Below the pieces are notes generated by a model. The model saw nothing but the letters and a program-made list of their open reading frames with translations. It was not told the origin of the DNA and searched no databases. From an uncultured Desulfovibrio sp. (GTDB lineage Bacteria > Desulfobacterota > Desulfovibrionia > Desulfovibrionales > Desulfovibrionaceae): a stretch of 34,048 nt of DNA. This document shows positions 1 through 9,358 of the stretch, piece by piece. Location of the stretch: NCBI GenBank assembly GCA_947177085.1, contig CAMWTD010000001.1, forward strand, positions 1-34,048, read 5' to 3'. Made by a program: the position numbers and the translations under genes. Within the stretch, counting starts at the first letter, position 1; each line of letters opens with the position of its first letter.

Positions 1-4
1 GCGC

Positions 5-32
5 ACCATAGCGCGCCGGGCGCAAAAGTCAA
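5..32 (-). promoter_or_regulatory. Putative sigma-70 promoter firing out of the left window edge
   Basis: Minus strand TTGACT (32-27), 16-nt spacer, TATGGT (10-5), immediately after the stop codon of the last ABC permease. Confidence 0.45.
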
Positions 33-43
33 AGCCTGTCGCG

Positions 44-1216
44 TCAGGCGTCGGCCGTTTGCGCTGCGGCTTCTTTGCGCGCCTGGTGCCGGGCAACCAG
101 GCAGGCCAAAAGGAAGTAGAGCGCGGCGAGCAGCAGGAGGTGCGCCATGTAGGGCGCCGCCTCGGCCACATCGGCCCCGCACTGCGAGGCGCGGATGATG
201 CCGTAGGAGCCGGGCGTGCTCGGGAAGAGCGCGCCGAGCGCCTGGAAAAAAAGCGGGATGTTCTGGGTGGGCCAGAGATTGCCGGAAATGAACACGCAGG
301 GCAGCGCGGAGAGCACCACGGCCTGCATCACGAAATGCGTGGGCCCGAGCAGAAGGGCCAGCAGCGACGCCAGCGAGCTCACGGCAAGGGAGAAGGCGGC
401 GCACATGCCGAGCGTGCCCGGGATATTCTGGAAGGAATTGATGCCCTGGAGATAGAACACCGGGCCCTCGATGAACAGGGTCCAGAACAGGCAAAGGAAG
501 AACACCGTCATCTGCACGGCAAAAAGGCATGCCGGCGAGGCGAGCGCGGCATCGAGCACTTCCGGGCGCTCCTTCGCCATGTACCAGGCGTTGAACAACA
601 TGCCGAAGCCCGCGCACATGAGCGTCTGGAACACGATGACAAAGACGATGGGCACGGCGAAATTGAGGTAGCCCGAAATGGTGTTGTAGGCGGGCACGGT
701 GACAAGGCCCGGGGCCTCGCTCTCCATGAGGGCGAGCTTTGCCGCCGTTGCCCCCTGTTCCGCAAGCCACGCCGCCACGGCCTTGTCCGCAGCCGCCTTG
801 AGCGGCCCGCTGGCCCCGGCCGTGGCCATCCTGCCGCCCACAAGATAGGCCCCGTTGGCCGTGAGGGTGACGGCAGTGGGCACGGCAGCGGCCACGTCCT
901 CGGCGAAACGGGCCGGAATCTCCACGATGGCGGAGACCTCCCCGGCCTTCATGGCGAGGATGGCTTCCGCCCGGTCCCGGGTCACTTGCAGCACATTGAG
1001 GTCGGGCGTGGCGCGAAATTCCATGACGAGCCGCCGCGAGAGCGCCGTGCCGTCCGCGTCCACGATGGCGCAGTGGATGTGGTCCGGGAGCTGCGCCATG
1101 TAGGGCCAGCAATAATAGGCGGCATAGAGCACGATGGCCGCCATGAAGAGCGGCGCGCAGGCCATGTTGGTGCAGCACTGGCGAAAGGCGGTGGCGAAGC
1201 AGCGCGCGGGCGTCAT
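44..1216 (-). CDS. ABC-2 family transporter permease (YhhJ/YbhR-like)
   Basis: 390 aa: N-terminal TM, 'AIVDAD..LSR' periplasmic motif, 'YN..SGY..F', five or six C-terminal TMs, 'SG..WP...IP'; 4-nt ATGA overlap with the upstream permease. Confidence 0.85.
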   Translation of the reverse strand: MTPARCFATAFRQCCTNMACAPLFMAAIVLYAAYYCWPYMAQLPDHIHCAIVDADGTALSRRLVMEFRATPDLNVLQVTRDRAEAILAMKAGEVSAIVEIPARFAEDVAAAVPTAVTLTANGAYLVGGRMATAGASGPLKAAADKAVAAWLAEQGATAAKLALMESEAPGLVTVPAYNTISGYLNFAVPIVFVIVFQTLMCAGFGMLFNAWYMAKERPEVLDAALASPACLFAVQMTVFFLCLFWTLFIEGPVFYLQGINSFQNIPGTLGMCAAFSLAVSSLASLLALLLGPTHFVMQAVVLSALPCVFISGNLWPTQNIPLFFQALGALFPSTPGSYGIIRASQCGADVAEAAPYMAHLLLLAALYFLLACLVARHQARKEAAAQTADA

Positions 1217-2415
1217 GGCCGGCCGGCCTCCTCACGCTCGCTGTTGGCGAAGCCCGCGTATTTGCGGCGGAAAAAGGGCAGCCCGATGAGGAGCGGCACG
1301 ACAAAGAGCAGGCCGAAGGCCGCGAAGGTGGAGCCCAGTTCGGCAAGCCCCGCGCCGAGCGCCCACACCTGCGCCTGCCCGCGGATGTACCAGGTGAGCG
1401 GCAAAAAGTCGGCGTAAAAGCGCACGCCCGCGTCCATGGAATCGAGCGGGATGGAAAAGCCGGAAAAGGGCAGCGCCGGGGCCGCGTAGCCCACGGCGAT
1501 AACGAGCGCCAGCCGCCAGGTGGGGGCCACGCCCGTGATGAGCACGCACATGGCGGCGAGCACGGCCAGCATGGCCGCGCCGCAGAAAAACCAGGTCACG
1601 ATGGAGCCCGCCGGCGCGAAGCCGCCATAGCCGCTGAAGAGCGCGATATAGAAAAGGACCACGAGGCAATAATAGGCAAAGTGGGGCGTGAGCTTGCCCA
1701 GCAGGCCGGCCGTGAAGCTGCCCCGGGCCGAGGCCAGCCAGTCGCCCACGCTGGCGCTCCACCGTTCCCGCAGGATGGCGGTCATGAAGGCGAAGGTCGC
1801 GCCGATGGCGATAAGGCCCGGGATAAGGGTGGAGGAAAGGAAGATAAGGAAGCTCGAGCCCATGTTGGCCAGGCGGTAAAAATCGGCGTGGACCAGGCCC
1901 AGGATGCGTCGCGAGCCCGTGACCCCGGTCCCGGCCTGCAACAGTTTTTGGGCCAGCCGCTCCTCGCCGAGGGCGTCCATGACCGCGGCGGTCTCGATCT
2001 CGAAGGTCCCGCCCACCGCATAGCGGTTTTCATCCGTGTGGATGACCACCGTGCCCCGGGCCCCGGAAAGCTCGTCGCGCATGTAGCCCGCGGGAATGAC
2101 GATGACCCCGTAGACCGCGCCCTGCCGCATGGCCGCAAGGGCCGCGATGCTGTTTTCGTAGCTTTCCAGCCCCAGCGCCCGGTTGGCGTCGAGCGCGCGG
2201 ACGACCTCGCGCGAGAGGGGGCTTTTGTCCTCGTCCACCAGCGCTGCCGGGACCTTGGTCATGATGCCCTCGCCGAGCAGGCCCCAGACGATGAGCATCC
2301 ACACGAGCGGCATGATATTGCAGAAGATCACTTCCCGGGCGTTCCCGGCCCACTCCCGGCACTCCCTCGCGAGGGAGCCCATGACGCCGTCGAGCCAGCG
2401 GCGGGCGGCGGTCAT
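1213..2415 (-). CDS. ABC-2 family transporter permease (YbhS-like)
   Basis: 400 aa: 'PAALVDEDKSPLSR', 'GKLTP', 'FSGFSIPLDSM', 'LPLTWY', multiple TM helices. Confidence 0.85.
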   Translation of the reverse strand: MTAARRWLDGVMGSLARECREWAGNAREVIFCNIMPLVWMLIVWGLLGEGIMTKVPAALVDEDKSPLSREVVRALDANRALGLESYENSIAALAAMRQGAVYGVIVIPAGYMRDELSGARGTVVIHTDENRYAVGGTFEIETAAVMDALGEERLAQKLLQAGTGVTGSRRILGLVHADFYRLANMGSSFLIFLSSTLIPGLIAIGATFAFMTAILRERWSASVGDWLASARGSFTAGLLGKLTPHFAYYCLVVLFYIALFSGYGGFAPAGSIVTWFFCGAAMLAVLAAMCVLITGVAPTWRLALVIAVGYAAPALPFSGFSIPLDSMDAGVRFYADFLPLTWYIRGQAQVWALGAGLAELGSTFAAFGLLFVVPLLIGLPFFRRKYAGFANSEREEAGRP

Positions 2416-3425
2416 CGTTCCCTGTCCACCAGCACGGTCATGCCGGGCCGGAGATTCTCCACCTTTTCCACGGGCCTTGCGCGCACCTCGAAGGTTTTCA
2501 TGTCATAGCCCGAGTCCTCGCGGGTGCTTCGCCAGGTGGCGTAGGAGGCGCGCGGGCTGATGTAGTAGACCTTGAAGGCGATGTCCCCGCGGCCAAGGGC
2601 GGGCACGCGGGCCTTCATGACATGGCCGATGCCGATGCCAGGCAGGCTTTCCTCGCGGATGTTGAAGCTGGCCCACTGGTCCTCGAGGTCCACGAGGGTG
2701 AGCACCGGAAAGCCCGCGCCCGCGAGCTCGCCCGCCACGAGGACGACCTTGTCCACCTGGCCCGCGCGCGGCGCGGTGAGTGCCCGGTTGTCCGCGAGGG
2801 AGGCCACTTCGCTCACCACGGCCGCGGCCTCGCTGGTCTCGGCGCTGGCGGCCTCCTTCTGCTGGGGCCGCGAGCCCGCCTTGGCGAGGTCAAAGACCTG
2901 CTTCGCCGCGCTGGCCTGGTCCGCGCTGGCGAGCATCCTGGCGCGCGCCTCGTCAAAGCGCTCGCGCGAGACAAGGCCGTCCCTGAAGAGGGCCGCGATG
3001 CGCTCATAGGTCTTGCGGTCAAGGTCGGCGGCGGCCTGGGCGCGTTCCCATTCCGCGCGGGCGGCCTCTTTTTCCTGGGGGCGCAGGCCCTCGTCCACCA
3101 TGCTCTGCTGGGCCATGGCCGCGCGGTCGCGCGCGCGGGCCTCGCTCAATTTGGCCTCCACCTCGGGAAGGTGCATCCGCGCCAGCACCTGCCCGGCCTG
3201 CACATTGTCCCCGGCCTCCACCAGTACCTCCTGCACGCGACCGGGAACCTTGGAGGAAATGCTGATGGTGCGCCCCTCCATCTGGCCCTGGAAGGGGGGC
3301 AGCGGCGGGAAGGCCGCCCGCCAGATGCCCCAGATGACGAAAAGGCCCACAGCCGCCACTGTGGCGAGCAGGAGGACGAGGCCCAGCTTGCCGCCGAGGC
3401 CCGGGTGTTGCTGTGACTCGCTCAT
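2412..3425 (-). CDS. HlyD family periplasmic adaptor (membrane fusion protein)
   Basis: Start re-called at MSESQQ (ATG 3425), 2 nt after the TolC stop; one TM, 'QGQMEG..ISISSKVPGRV', coiled-coil hairpin, 'ATWRSTR...YDMKTFEVRARP', 'LRPGMTV'. Confidence 0.9.
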   Translation of the reverse strand: MSESQQHPGLGGKLGLVLLLATVAAVGLFVIWGIWRAAFPPLPPFQGQMEGRTISISSKVPGRVQEVLVEAGDNVQAGQVLARMHLPEVEAKLSEARARDRAAMAQQSMVDEGLRPQEKEAARAEWERAQAAADLDRKTYERIAALFRDGLVSRERFDEARARMLASADQASAAKQVFDLAKAGSRPQQKEAASAETSEAAAVVSEVASLADNRALTAPRAGQVDKVVLVAGELAGAGFPVLTLVDLEDQWASFNIREESLPGIGIGHVMKARVPALGRGDIAFKVYYISPRASYATWRSTREDSGYDMKTFEVRARPVEKVENLRPGMTVLVDRER

Positions 3426-3427
3426 GG

Positions 3428-4828
3428 TCACCTTTCCAGGATGAGGTCTTTTTGCGCGCAGGCGTTGAGGAAATCCGGCATACTGCCCGAAACGAGATGC
3501 AGCAGGGCGTAGTTGACCACAAACTCGAAGGCCGCCACGCGGCGTTCCACCTCGGCCGCGAGGAGCTGGTCGCGGGCGTGGGTCACGTCCAGCGCCGTAT
3601 AGAGCCCCTCGCCGAAGCCCTCGTTTTTGAGTTTCAGGTTCTCCCGGGCCAGCGCCACATTGGAGGCAGTGAGGCTGTACTGCTCGCGCGCGTTCTGGGT
3701 GTTGAGCCATGCGGTCTCGGCGCTGGTGCGCACCACGTTCATGGCGTCGGCCTGGGAGGAACGCGCTTCGCGCAGGGTGGCCCGGGCGCTCCGGTAGTCG
3801 GCCGCGCGGTCGCGCGAATCCCACAGGGTGAGGTTGACGCCCACGCCCGCGAGCCACTCGGGCCAGAGGTCGGCCTGGTGCGGATGGGCGAAATAATACT
3901 GCCCGAAGGCCATGACCTGCGGAAACCACGAGCTTTTGCTGGCGGCGACCCCCTGGTCCGCCTGCCGGACGCGCGCCTCCACGGCGGCAAGCTGGGGGTT
4001 ACTCTTAAGGGCCTGCTCCACCCAGCTTTCCATGGGCGCGAGCGGCTTTTTGAGCACAAAGAGCGGCGTGGACAGGCTGCCGAGATTGTCCGCGAGGAGC
4101 AGGCGCTGCAGTTCGAGCCTGGCCGTGCGCGCGTTGTTGCGCGCCTTGAGGGCCTCGCGCTCGGCCGCGTCGCGCGCCACCTTCACGCTCATGACCTCCA
4201 CATGGCTCACCATGCCCTCTTTCTCGAACTTGCGGGCGCGCGCAAGCTCCCGGTCCTCCTCGGCAAGCGTGGCCTCGCGCAATTTCTGGAGGGAAAGGGC
4301 AAGCTGAAGCCCGAAATACTTGGTCACGAGTTCCGCATCAAGCTGGTTGGCCGCGGCGCGGTGCTGGGCCCTGGCCTCCTCCGCGCCGTATTTGGCCGCT
4401 TTCTGGGCGGCGCCGATCTTGCCGCCGGTGAAGATGGGGAGCGTGCCGGTGACGGCCGCGCGGGGCCCGCTGAAATTGTAGGTGTCCTCGATATCGAGCG
4501 GCATGGAGCCAAGCGGCGTGGACACGGAGCGCTCCACGTCGATTTTGGCCTCGCCCCACATTTCAAGGGCCCCCACGCCGATGGTGGGCCCGTGCAGCCA
4601 CTTGAGGGAGTCCGCGGCCTGCTCCTTGCTTTCCACTTTGGCGGCCGAGGCCTTGAGGGCGTCGCTGCGCTCCTGCAAAAGCTCGCGGGCCCGGCCGAAG
4701 CTGAGATCCGCGGCCGCCGGGGCCGCGGGGAAAAGGGCCCCGAGCAGGAGGAGCAGGGCGAGGCCCCGGCAAAATCGCCAGCTTTTGCCGCTTGCGTGGC
4801 GAGGCGCAGAGTTTTCGATGTTCCGCAT
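3428..4828 (-). CDS. TolC family outer-membrane efflux protein
   Basis: 466 aa with signal peptide (…AAPAAA/D) and two OEP-like repeats ('LPIFTGGKI', 'GVNLTLWD', 'FGEGLYTALDV'). Confidence 0.88.
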   Translation of the reverse strand: MRNIENSAPRHASGKSWRFCRGLALLLLLGALFPAAPAAADLSFGRARELLQERSDALKASAAKVESKEQAADSLKWLHGPTIGVGALEMWGEAKIDVERSVSTPLGSMPLDIEDTYNFSGPRAAVTGTLPIFTGGKIGAAQKAAKYGAEEARAQHRAAANQLDAELVTKYFGLQLALSLQKLREATLAEEDRELARARKFEKEGMVSHVEVMSVKVARDAAEREALKARNNARTARLELQRLLLADNLGSLSTPLFVLKKPLAPMESWVEQALKSNPQLAAVEARVRQADQGVAASKSSWFPQVMAFGQYYFAHPHQADLWPEWLAGVGVNLTLWDSRDRAADYRSARATLREARSSQADAMNVVRTSAETAWLNTQNAREQYSLTASNVALARENLKLKNEGFGEGLYTALDVTHARDQLLAAEVERRVAAFEFVVNYALLHLVSGSMPDFLNACAQKDLILER

Positions 4829-5000
4829 ATACGCCCCTTGGTGACCGCGCCCGCCCTCGGGGGGACGCCCGGGAAGTTGCGGCCGTCGTGGCCGCGCTCT
4901 TGAAATTCTCTGGAAAAATTTAAGGTATTCTTATGGGGCCGCCAAGAGAAGTCAAGAAGCCGGGGCAGAGGAGCCCGGGCGCGGCTTTGGGGGCTTGCGC

Positions 5001-5035
5001 AAAATGGGACCCCGGCGGACAGGCCGCCGGGGTCC
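5001..5035 (-). terminator. Intrinsic terminator of the apr-qmo unit
   Basis: 12-bp perfect inverted repeat GGACCCCGGCGG (5007-5018) / CCGCCGGGGTCC (5024-5035), followed on the minus strand by CATTTT. Confidence 0.7.
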
Positions 5036-5059
5036 GGGAAAAGGAGCGGTTCCGAAAGT

Positions 5060-5779
5060 CTAGAAGCCGAAGCCGTCGGCGTCGGCCCCGGAGCTGCCGA
5101 AGCCGAAGTCGTCGGGCACGCTGCTGGCGGCTTCCTCCTGCACCTCGGCCACGGCCTCGCCGCCGCTCCCGGCGGCGGCAGCGCCGCCCACGACCATGCC
5201 CTTGAGGCCGTCCTTGATGGCGTCCTTGATGGTCTGCATGAGCTCGTCGTGGTTCACGGCCACCTTGCCCTGGAACTCGGAGACCTGGCGGGTGAGGCCG
5301 CCCACTTCGGTCTTCATGGCCTTGAGCTTGCCCTCGAGTTCGTCGCACTTTTTCTGCAAAGCCTCGGCGCGGGCCTCGAAGGGCTCGAGCTCGCGCACGC
5401 GGGCCTCGAGTTTCGCCACGGCCTCGCTCTGGCGCGTGGCCGCGGCATTGGCCTCGGCCATGGCGTCCAGGGCCTCCCCGGCCAGCGCCTTGGTGCGGCC
5501 GTCCATGGGCGTGAGGGACACGTTGTCCCCGAGGGCCTTGCGCCACTTGGCCACAAAGGCGCTCCAGTCCTGGCCTTCGGCCCAGTCCATGTCCATGAAT
5601 TTGGGATACCAGCGCGCGAGCCACGCGGCCGCGAAGGGCCCCACGGCGGCGGCGCAGGCCGCGCAGGTGACGGGACGGCCCGTGATGAAGCCCGCGAGCT
5701 CCTGCACGTTCACGTCCTTCTTGCCGGTCACGAGGGCGAGAACCGTTTCCAGGGGAAAGACTTTACGATCATCAGCCAT
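5060..5779 (-). CDS. Conserved hypothetical coiled-coil protein downstream of qmoC (DVU0851/'QmoD'-like)
   Basis: Start re-called at MADDRK (ATG 5779) behind a GAGGAGG RBS; 239 aa with a central coiled coil; position matches the gene that follows qmoC in Desulfovibrio. Confidence 0.75.
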   Translation of the reverse strand: MADDRKVFPLETVLALVTGKKDVNVQELAGFITGRPVTCAACAAAVGPFAAAWLARWYPKFMDMDWAEGQDWSAFVAKWRKALGDNVSLTPMDGRTKALAGEALDAMAEANAAATRQSEAVAKLEARVRELEPFEARAEALQKKCDELEGKLKAMKTEVGGLTRQVSEFQGKVAVNHDELMQTIKDAIKDGLKGMVVGGAAAAGSGGEAVAEVQEEAASSVPDDFGFGSSGADADGFGF

Positions 5780-5834
5780 GGCGGCTTCCTCCTCAAAATG
5801 CTGGGTTGGTGTATGCCCGTGCCGTGGCTGCGGG

Positions 5835-7016
5835 TCAGCTTCTTCCGTACATCCGCACATAGACCATGGCCGCCACCCGGTACACGAAGTGCCCGAGCTT
5901 GGACCAGGGCGCATAGGCGAAGAGCATCCAGACAAAGACCAGATGCAGGTAGTAGACGATGAAGGCGGAGTGGATGCAATCCATGAGCCGGAACACCTGC
6001 GAGAACATGCCGGTCACGGCCACCAGCCAGATGATGCCGAGCAGATACCAGTCATAATAGCTGGAGGACTGGTATTTCGGGTTCAGCCGCGCGCGCCGCC
6101 AGGTGAGCAGGGCCAGCGCCACGAGCAGCAGGATGGCCCCGATGTTGGCGAGCACCTTCACCGGGAAGGTGAGGGGCATGGGCGTCTCGATGAGGATGCA
6201 GGGGAGCACCTTGCCGCCCCAGTGCCCGATGGCCACGATGGTGGTGACGAGCGCGAGGATGCCGAAGCTCCAGACGAGCATGGTGTGCGACACGCGCCGG
6301 CTCTCCTGCGGGACGCCGGTGGCCGGGCCGTCCGCGCAGTCGTCGAACTTGCGGCCTGTCACGACCTCCTCGAAGAGCACCTGCCAGAGAATCTTGAGCC
6401 AGCACTGTTTCGGCCCGAGCACGAGCAGGCTCCCCTCTGGCTTGAACATGCTCCACAGGCGCGTGCAGCCCCAGGCGAGGATGGCGAGCGCCCCGAAGAA
6501 GGTGAGCATGAAGATGGGGTCGATGGTGTAGTCGCCGTAGAAGATCTGGCCGAACACGATGCGGCCGTCGGCCGCGCGCGGGAACCAGTTGCCGTCGTTG
6601 AAGCCCGCGCGGATCCACCAGACGACGAGCCAGAGCACGGCCGGGATGCCGAAGAGCCAGGGCAGCCCCTTGCAGGAGCTCATCCACTTGCCCACGATGG
6701 CCGGGGGCGTCAGGTCGCGGTAGATCATGTTGCGGGCCGCGGACATCATTTCCGCGGGCTTGGCGCCGCGCGGGCAGAGGTCCGAGCAGTTGCCGCAATT
6801 GTGGCAGAGCCACAGATCCACGTCGGCCGCGAGTTTTTCCTTGAGGCCCCACGAAGCCCAGACCATTTCCTTGCGCGGATAGGGCGCCACCTCCGGCGAG
6901 AGCGGGCAGGCCACCGAGCAGGTGGCGCACTGGAAGCACTTTTTGAGGTCGCTACCCCCCGCTTCCATGAGCTCCCGCGTGAAGGCGGGATCGGTGTGCA
7001 GCGTCATTTGCGCCAT
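5835..7016 (-). CDS. qmoC: Quinone-interacting membrane oxidoreductase subunit C
   Basis: Two 4Fe-4S motifs (CFQCATCSVACP; CHNCGNCSDLCP) fused to a cytochrome-b-like TM domain ('YYLHL', 'WSKLGHFVYR'); downstream of qmoAB. Confidence 0.95.
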   Translation of the reverse strand: MAQMTLHTDPAFTRELMEAGGSDLKKCFQCATCSVACPLSPEVAPYPRKEMVWASWGLKEKLAADVDLWLCHNCGNCSDLCPRGAKPAEMMSAARNMIYRDLTPPAIVGKWMSSCKGLPWLFGIPAVLWLVVWWIRAGFNDGNWFPRAADGRIVFGQIFYGDYTIDPIFMLTFFGALAILAWGCTRLWSMFKPEGSLLVLGPKQCWLKILWQVLFEEVVTGRKFDDCADGPATGVPQESRRVSHTMLVWSFGILALVTTIVAIGHWGGKVLPCILIETPMPLTFPVKVLANIGAILLLVALALLTWRRARLNPKYQSSSYYDWYLLGIIWLVAVTGMFSQVFRLMDCIHSAFIVYYLHLVFVWMLFAYAPWSKLGHFVYRVAAMVYVRMYGRS

Positions 7017-7028
7017 GAGACCTTCCTC

Positions 7029-9353
7029 CTACATGCCCTTGAACGGGTTGGGGCCAAGGGCCGTGATGCGGGCGACAAAGCCGTCGATGAGGTCCGGCAC
7101 CCTGTCATATTCGTCGATGGCCACCTCGAGCTGGTCCACGCGCTCCGGCTCCACGCCGAGGCGGCTCAGGGTCTCGGCGATGTTGTCGCGCCGGCGCGCG
7201 CAGATCTCCGAACCCTTGATGAAGTGGCACTGGTAGTCGTCGCCATACTTGCAGCCGAGCAGCAAAACGCCGTCAAAGCCCTTGCTCATGGCGTCGGACA
7301 CCCAGATGGCGTTGACGGAGCCAAGGCAGCGCACCGGGATGATACGGCAGTACGGGCTCCACGACTTGCCGCGCAGGCCGGCCATGTCGAGGGCCGGATA
7401 GGCGTCGTTCTCGCAGGCGAGGATGAGGATGCGCGGGCCTTCCTTCTTGAAGTCCTTGGGGACAACGACCTCGCGGATCATGGAGCCGATCTGGTCGATG
7501 CTGTAGTTGGCGAAGGAGATGACGCGCTCCGGGCAGGCCCCGAAACAGGTCCCGCAGCGGCGGCAGCGCGCCGGGTTGGGCTTGGGCGTGCCCTTTTCGT
7601 CGTCGTCCAGCGCGCCGAAGGGGCATTCCTCGGTGCAGCGCTTGCACTGGGTGCAGCGCACGAAGTTGAACAGCGGATGCGACGCGTCGCCCGAGCGGGG
7701 CAAAACGGCCACGCCGTGTTCGGCCGCCTCGATGCACTGGATGGCCTTGAGCACCGCGCCACAGGCGTCCTCGGCGCAGGCGTCCAGCGTCATGGGCTGG
7801 CGTACGCAGCCGGCGGCATACACGCCGGTGCGCCTGGTCTCATAGGGGAAGCAGATGTAGTTGGAGTCGGCGAAGCCGTCGAAGAGGTCGAGGTCCGGAA
7901 AATCCGGGCCCTGACGGTAGTCGAAGTTGACCGTGAGGTCTTTGGCCGTGGTGGGCACGAGGCCGCAGGGAAGCACCACGAGGTCCACCTCGAGGTCGAA
8001 GTCCATGCCGAGCAGGGTGTTGGCGCAGGAGACCACCACGCGGTCGCCGAGGTCTTTCACGGCGGTCACGTCGGCCTTGGTCATCATGATGCCCAGGCGG
8101 TCCTGCATCTTCTTGTAGAAGCGCTCGAGGATGCCGGGGATGGCCATGTTCTTGTAGATGACGAAGGCCTGCACCGCGTCGTTGGTCTTGTCGCAGATGA
8201 TGTTGGCCTGGCGCAGCATGCCCACGCTGTTCACGGCGTTGGAGTACTGGAGGTGGCGGATGCTCTCCAGGTCCTCCTTGACGTAGGGCGCGTCCATGTT
8301 TTCGCCGTCGCTCTCCACGTTCTGGCCTTCGTCCTCCCTGAGGGTGTCGGCGGCCTCATACACGCCGCCGTCCCCGGCCTCCCGGGCCAGGGCCTTGGCC
8401 CCGAAGGCCTGCTCGGCGAGGGTGGTGTCGAGCACGAAGGCGATGCGCCTGGCCGTGACCTTGCCTTCCACGAGCATCTTGGCGAACTCGCCGGCATGCA
8501 CCACCGACGGGCTGCCGTAGCCCATGGGCTCGAGATACTTGCCGTCCAGCGGCGTCCAGCCGGTGGCGAGCACCACCGCGCCCACCTCAGCCGTCACGGA
8601 GCCCTGCGGGGTGGCGATCCCGGCCTTGAATTCGCCGGGCTGGCCCTCGAGCTTCGTCACCGTGGCTTCCAGATAGCGGGTGATCTTGGGCTCGGCCTCA
8701 AGCTCGGCGATGCGGGAGGCCAGTTCCAGCGGCTCCTTGTCTGTCCACGGGGAGGCGAGCGGCGAGGACACCGGGATATTGTTGGCCGCGCCGCCGAGCT
8801 TGTCGGATTTTTCCACAAGCACGACCTCGTAGCCCGAGGCCGCGGCTTCCATGGCCGCGTGCATGCCCGTCCAGCCGCCGCCGATGACGAGGATGCGGCG
8901 CGTGCCCGGGCCCGTGGCGGGCTCCGGCGTTTCGGTCTTTGAAAGGCGCACCATGCCCATGTTCACATAATCGGTGGCCATGAGGCGCAGAAGCTCGGGC
9001 GCGTCCCCGGGGGGCAGCCCCAGGACCGAGCCTCCGTCCGGGTCGCGGTAGGCGAGCACGCACTGCTCGCGCAGGTTGACGTGCTCCACCTGCACGGGCG
9101 CGCCGTCGTGCGGCGCGAAGCGATAAAGGTCCGCGTCCACGCGCGGCGAGGCGCCGCAGAGCAGCAGCCCGTCGAGGCCCTCGGCCGCGATGTCCGCCTT
9201 TATCCCGTCCACGGCCTCCGCGAGCACGGGCACGACCTTGGCCACGGCCGCGAGCGCGCCCCACTTGTCGCGCACGCCCTGGGCCAGGGCCTCCGCGTCC
9301 AGGCCGCCGCCGATGTTGGACTGATCAAAATAGACGCCAATCTTGCCGGCCAT
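7029..9353 (-). CDS. qmoB: QmoB (HdrA-MvhD-like flavoprotein with Fe-S clusters)
   Basis: GGGWTG FAD motif; CTQCKRCTEECP and CRRCGTCFGACP; C-terminal MvhD domain (CENDAY, RCLG, GCKYGDDYQCHF). Confidence 0.95.
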   Translation of the reverse strand: MAGKIGVYFDQSNIGGGLDAEALAQGVRDKWGALAAVAKVVPVLAEAVDGIKADIAAEGLDGLLLCGASPRVDADLYRFAPHDGAPVQVEHVNLREQCVLAYRDPDGGSVLGLPPGDAPELLRLMATDYVNMGMVRLSKTETPEPATGPGTRRILVIGGGWTGMHAAMEAAASGYEVVLVEKSDKLGGAANNIPVSSPLASPWTDKEPLELASRIAELEAEPKITRYLEATVTKLEGQPGEFKAGIATPQGSVTAEVGAVVLATGWTPLDGKYLEPMGYGSPSVVHAGEFAKMLVEGKVTARRIAFVLDTTLAEQAFGAKALAREAGDGGVYEAADTLREDEGQNVESDGENMDAPYVKEDLESIRHLQYSNAVNSVGMLRQANIICDKTNDAVQAFVIYKNMAIPGILERFYKKMQDRLGIMMTKADVTAVKDLGDRVVVSCANTLLGMDFDLEVDLVVLPCGLVPTTAKDLTVNFDYRQGPDFPDLDLFDGFADSNYICFPYETRRTGVYAAGCVRQPMTLDACAEDACGAVLKAIQCIEAAEHGVAVLPRSGDASHPLFNFVRCTQCKRCTEECPFGALDDDEKGTPKPNPARCRRCGTCFGACPERVISFANYSIDQIGSMIREVVVPKDFKKEGPRILILACENDAYPALDMAGLRGKSWSPYCRIIPVRCLGSVNAIWVSDAMSKGFDGVLLLGCKYGDDYQCHFIKGSEICARRRDNIAETLSRLGVEPERVDQLEVAIDEYDRVPDLIDGFVARITALGPNPFKGM

Positions 9354-9358
9354 GCCGC

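Noticed and set aside
3426-3929. N-terminal extension of the 505-aa HlyD ORF
   Set aside because: It overlaps the TolC gene out of frame; the adaptor starts at ATG 3425.
5196-8942. 1248-aa plus-strand ORF
   Set aside because: Antisense shadow of qmoD/qmoC/qmoB caused by stop-codon scarcity in GC-rich DNA; no recognisable domain.
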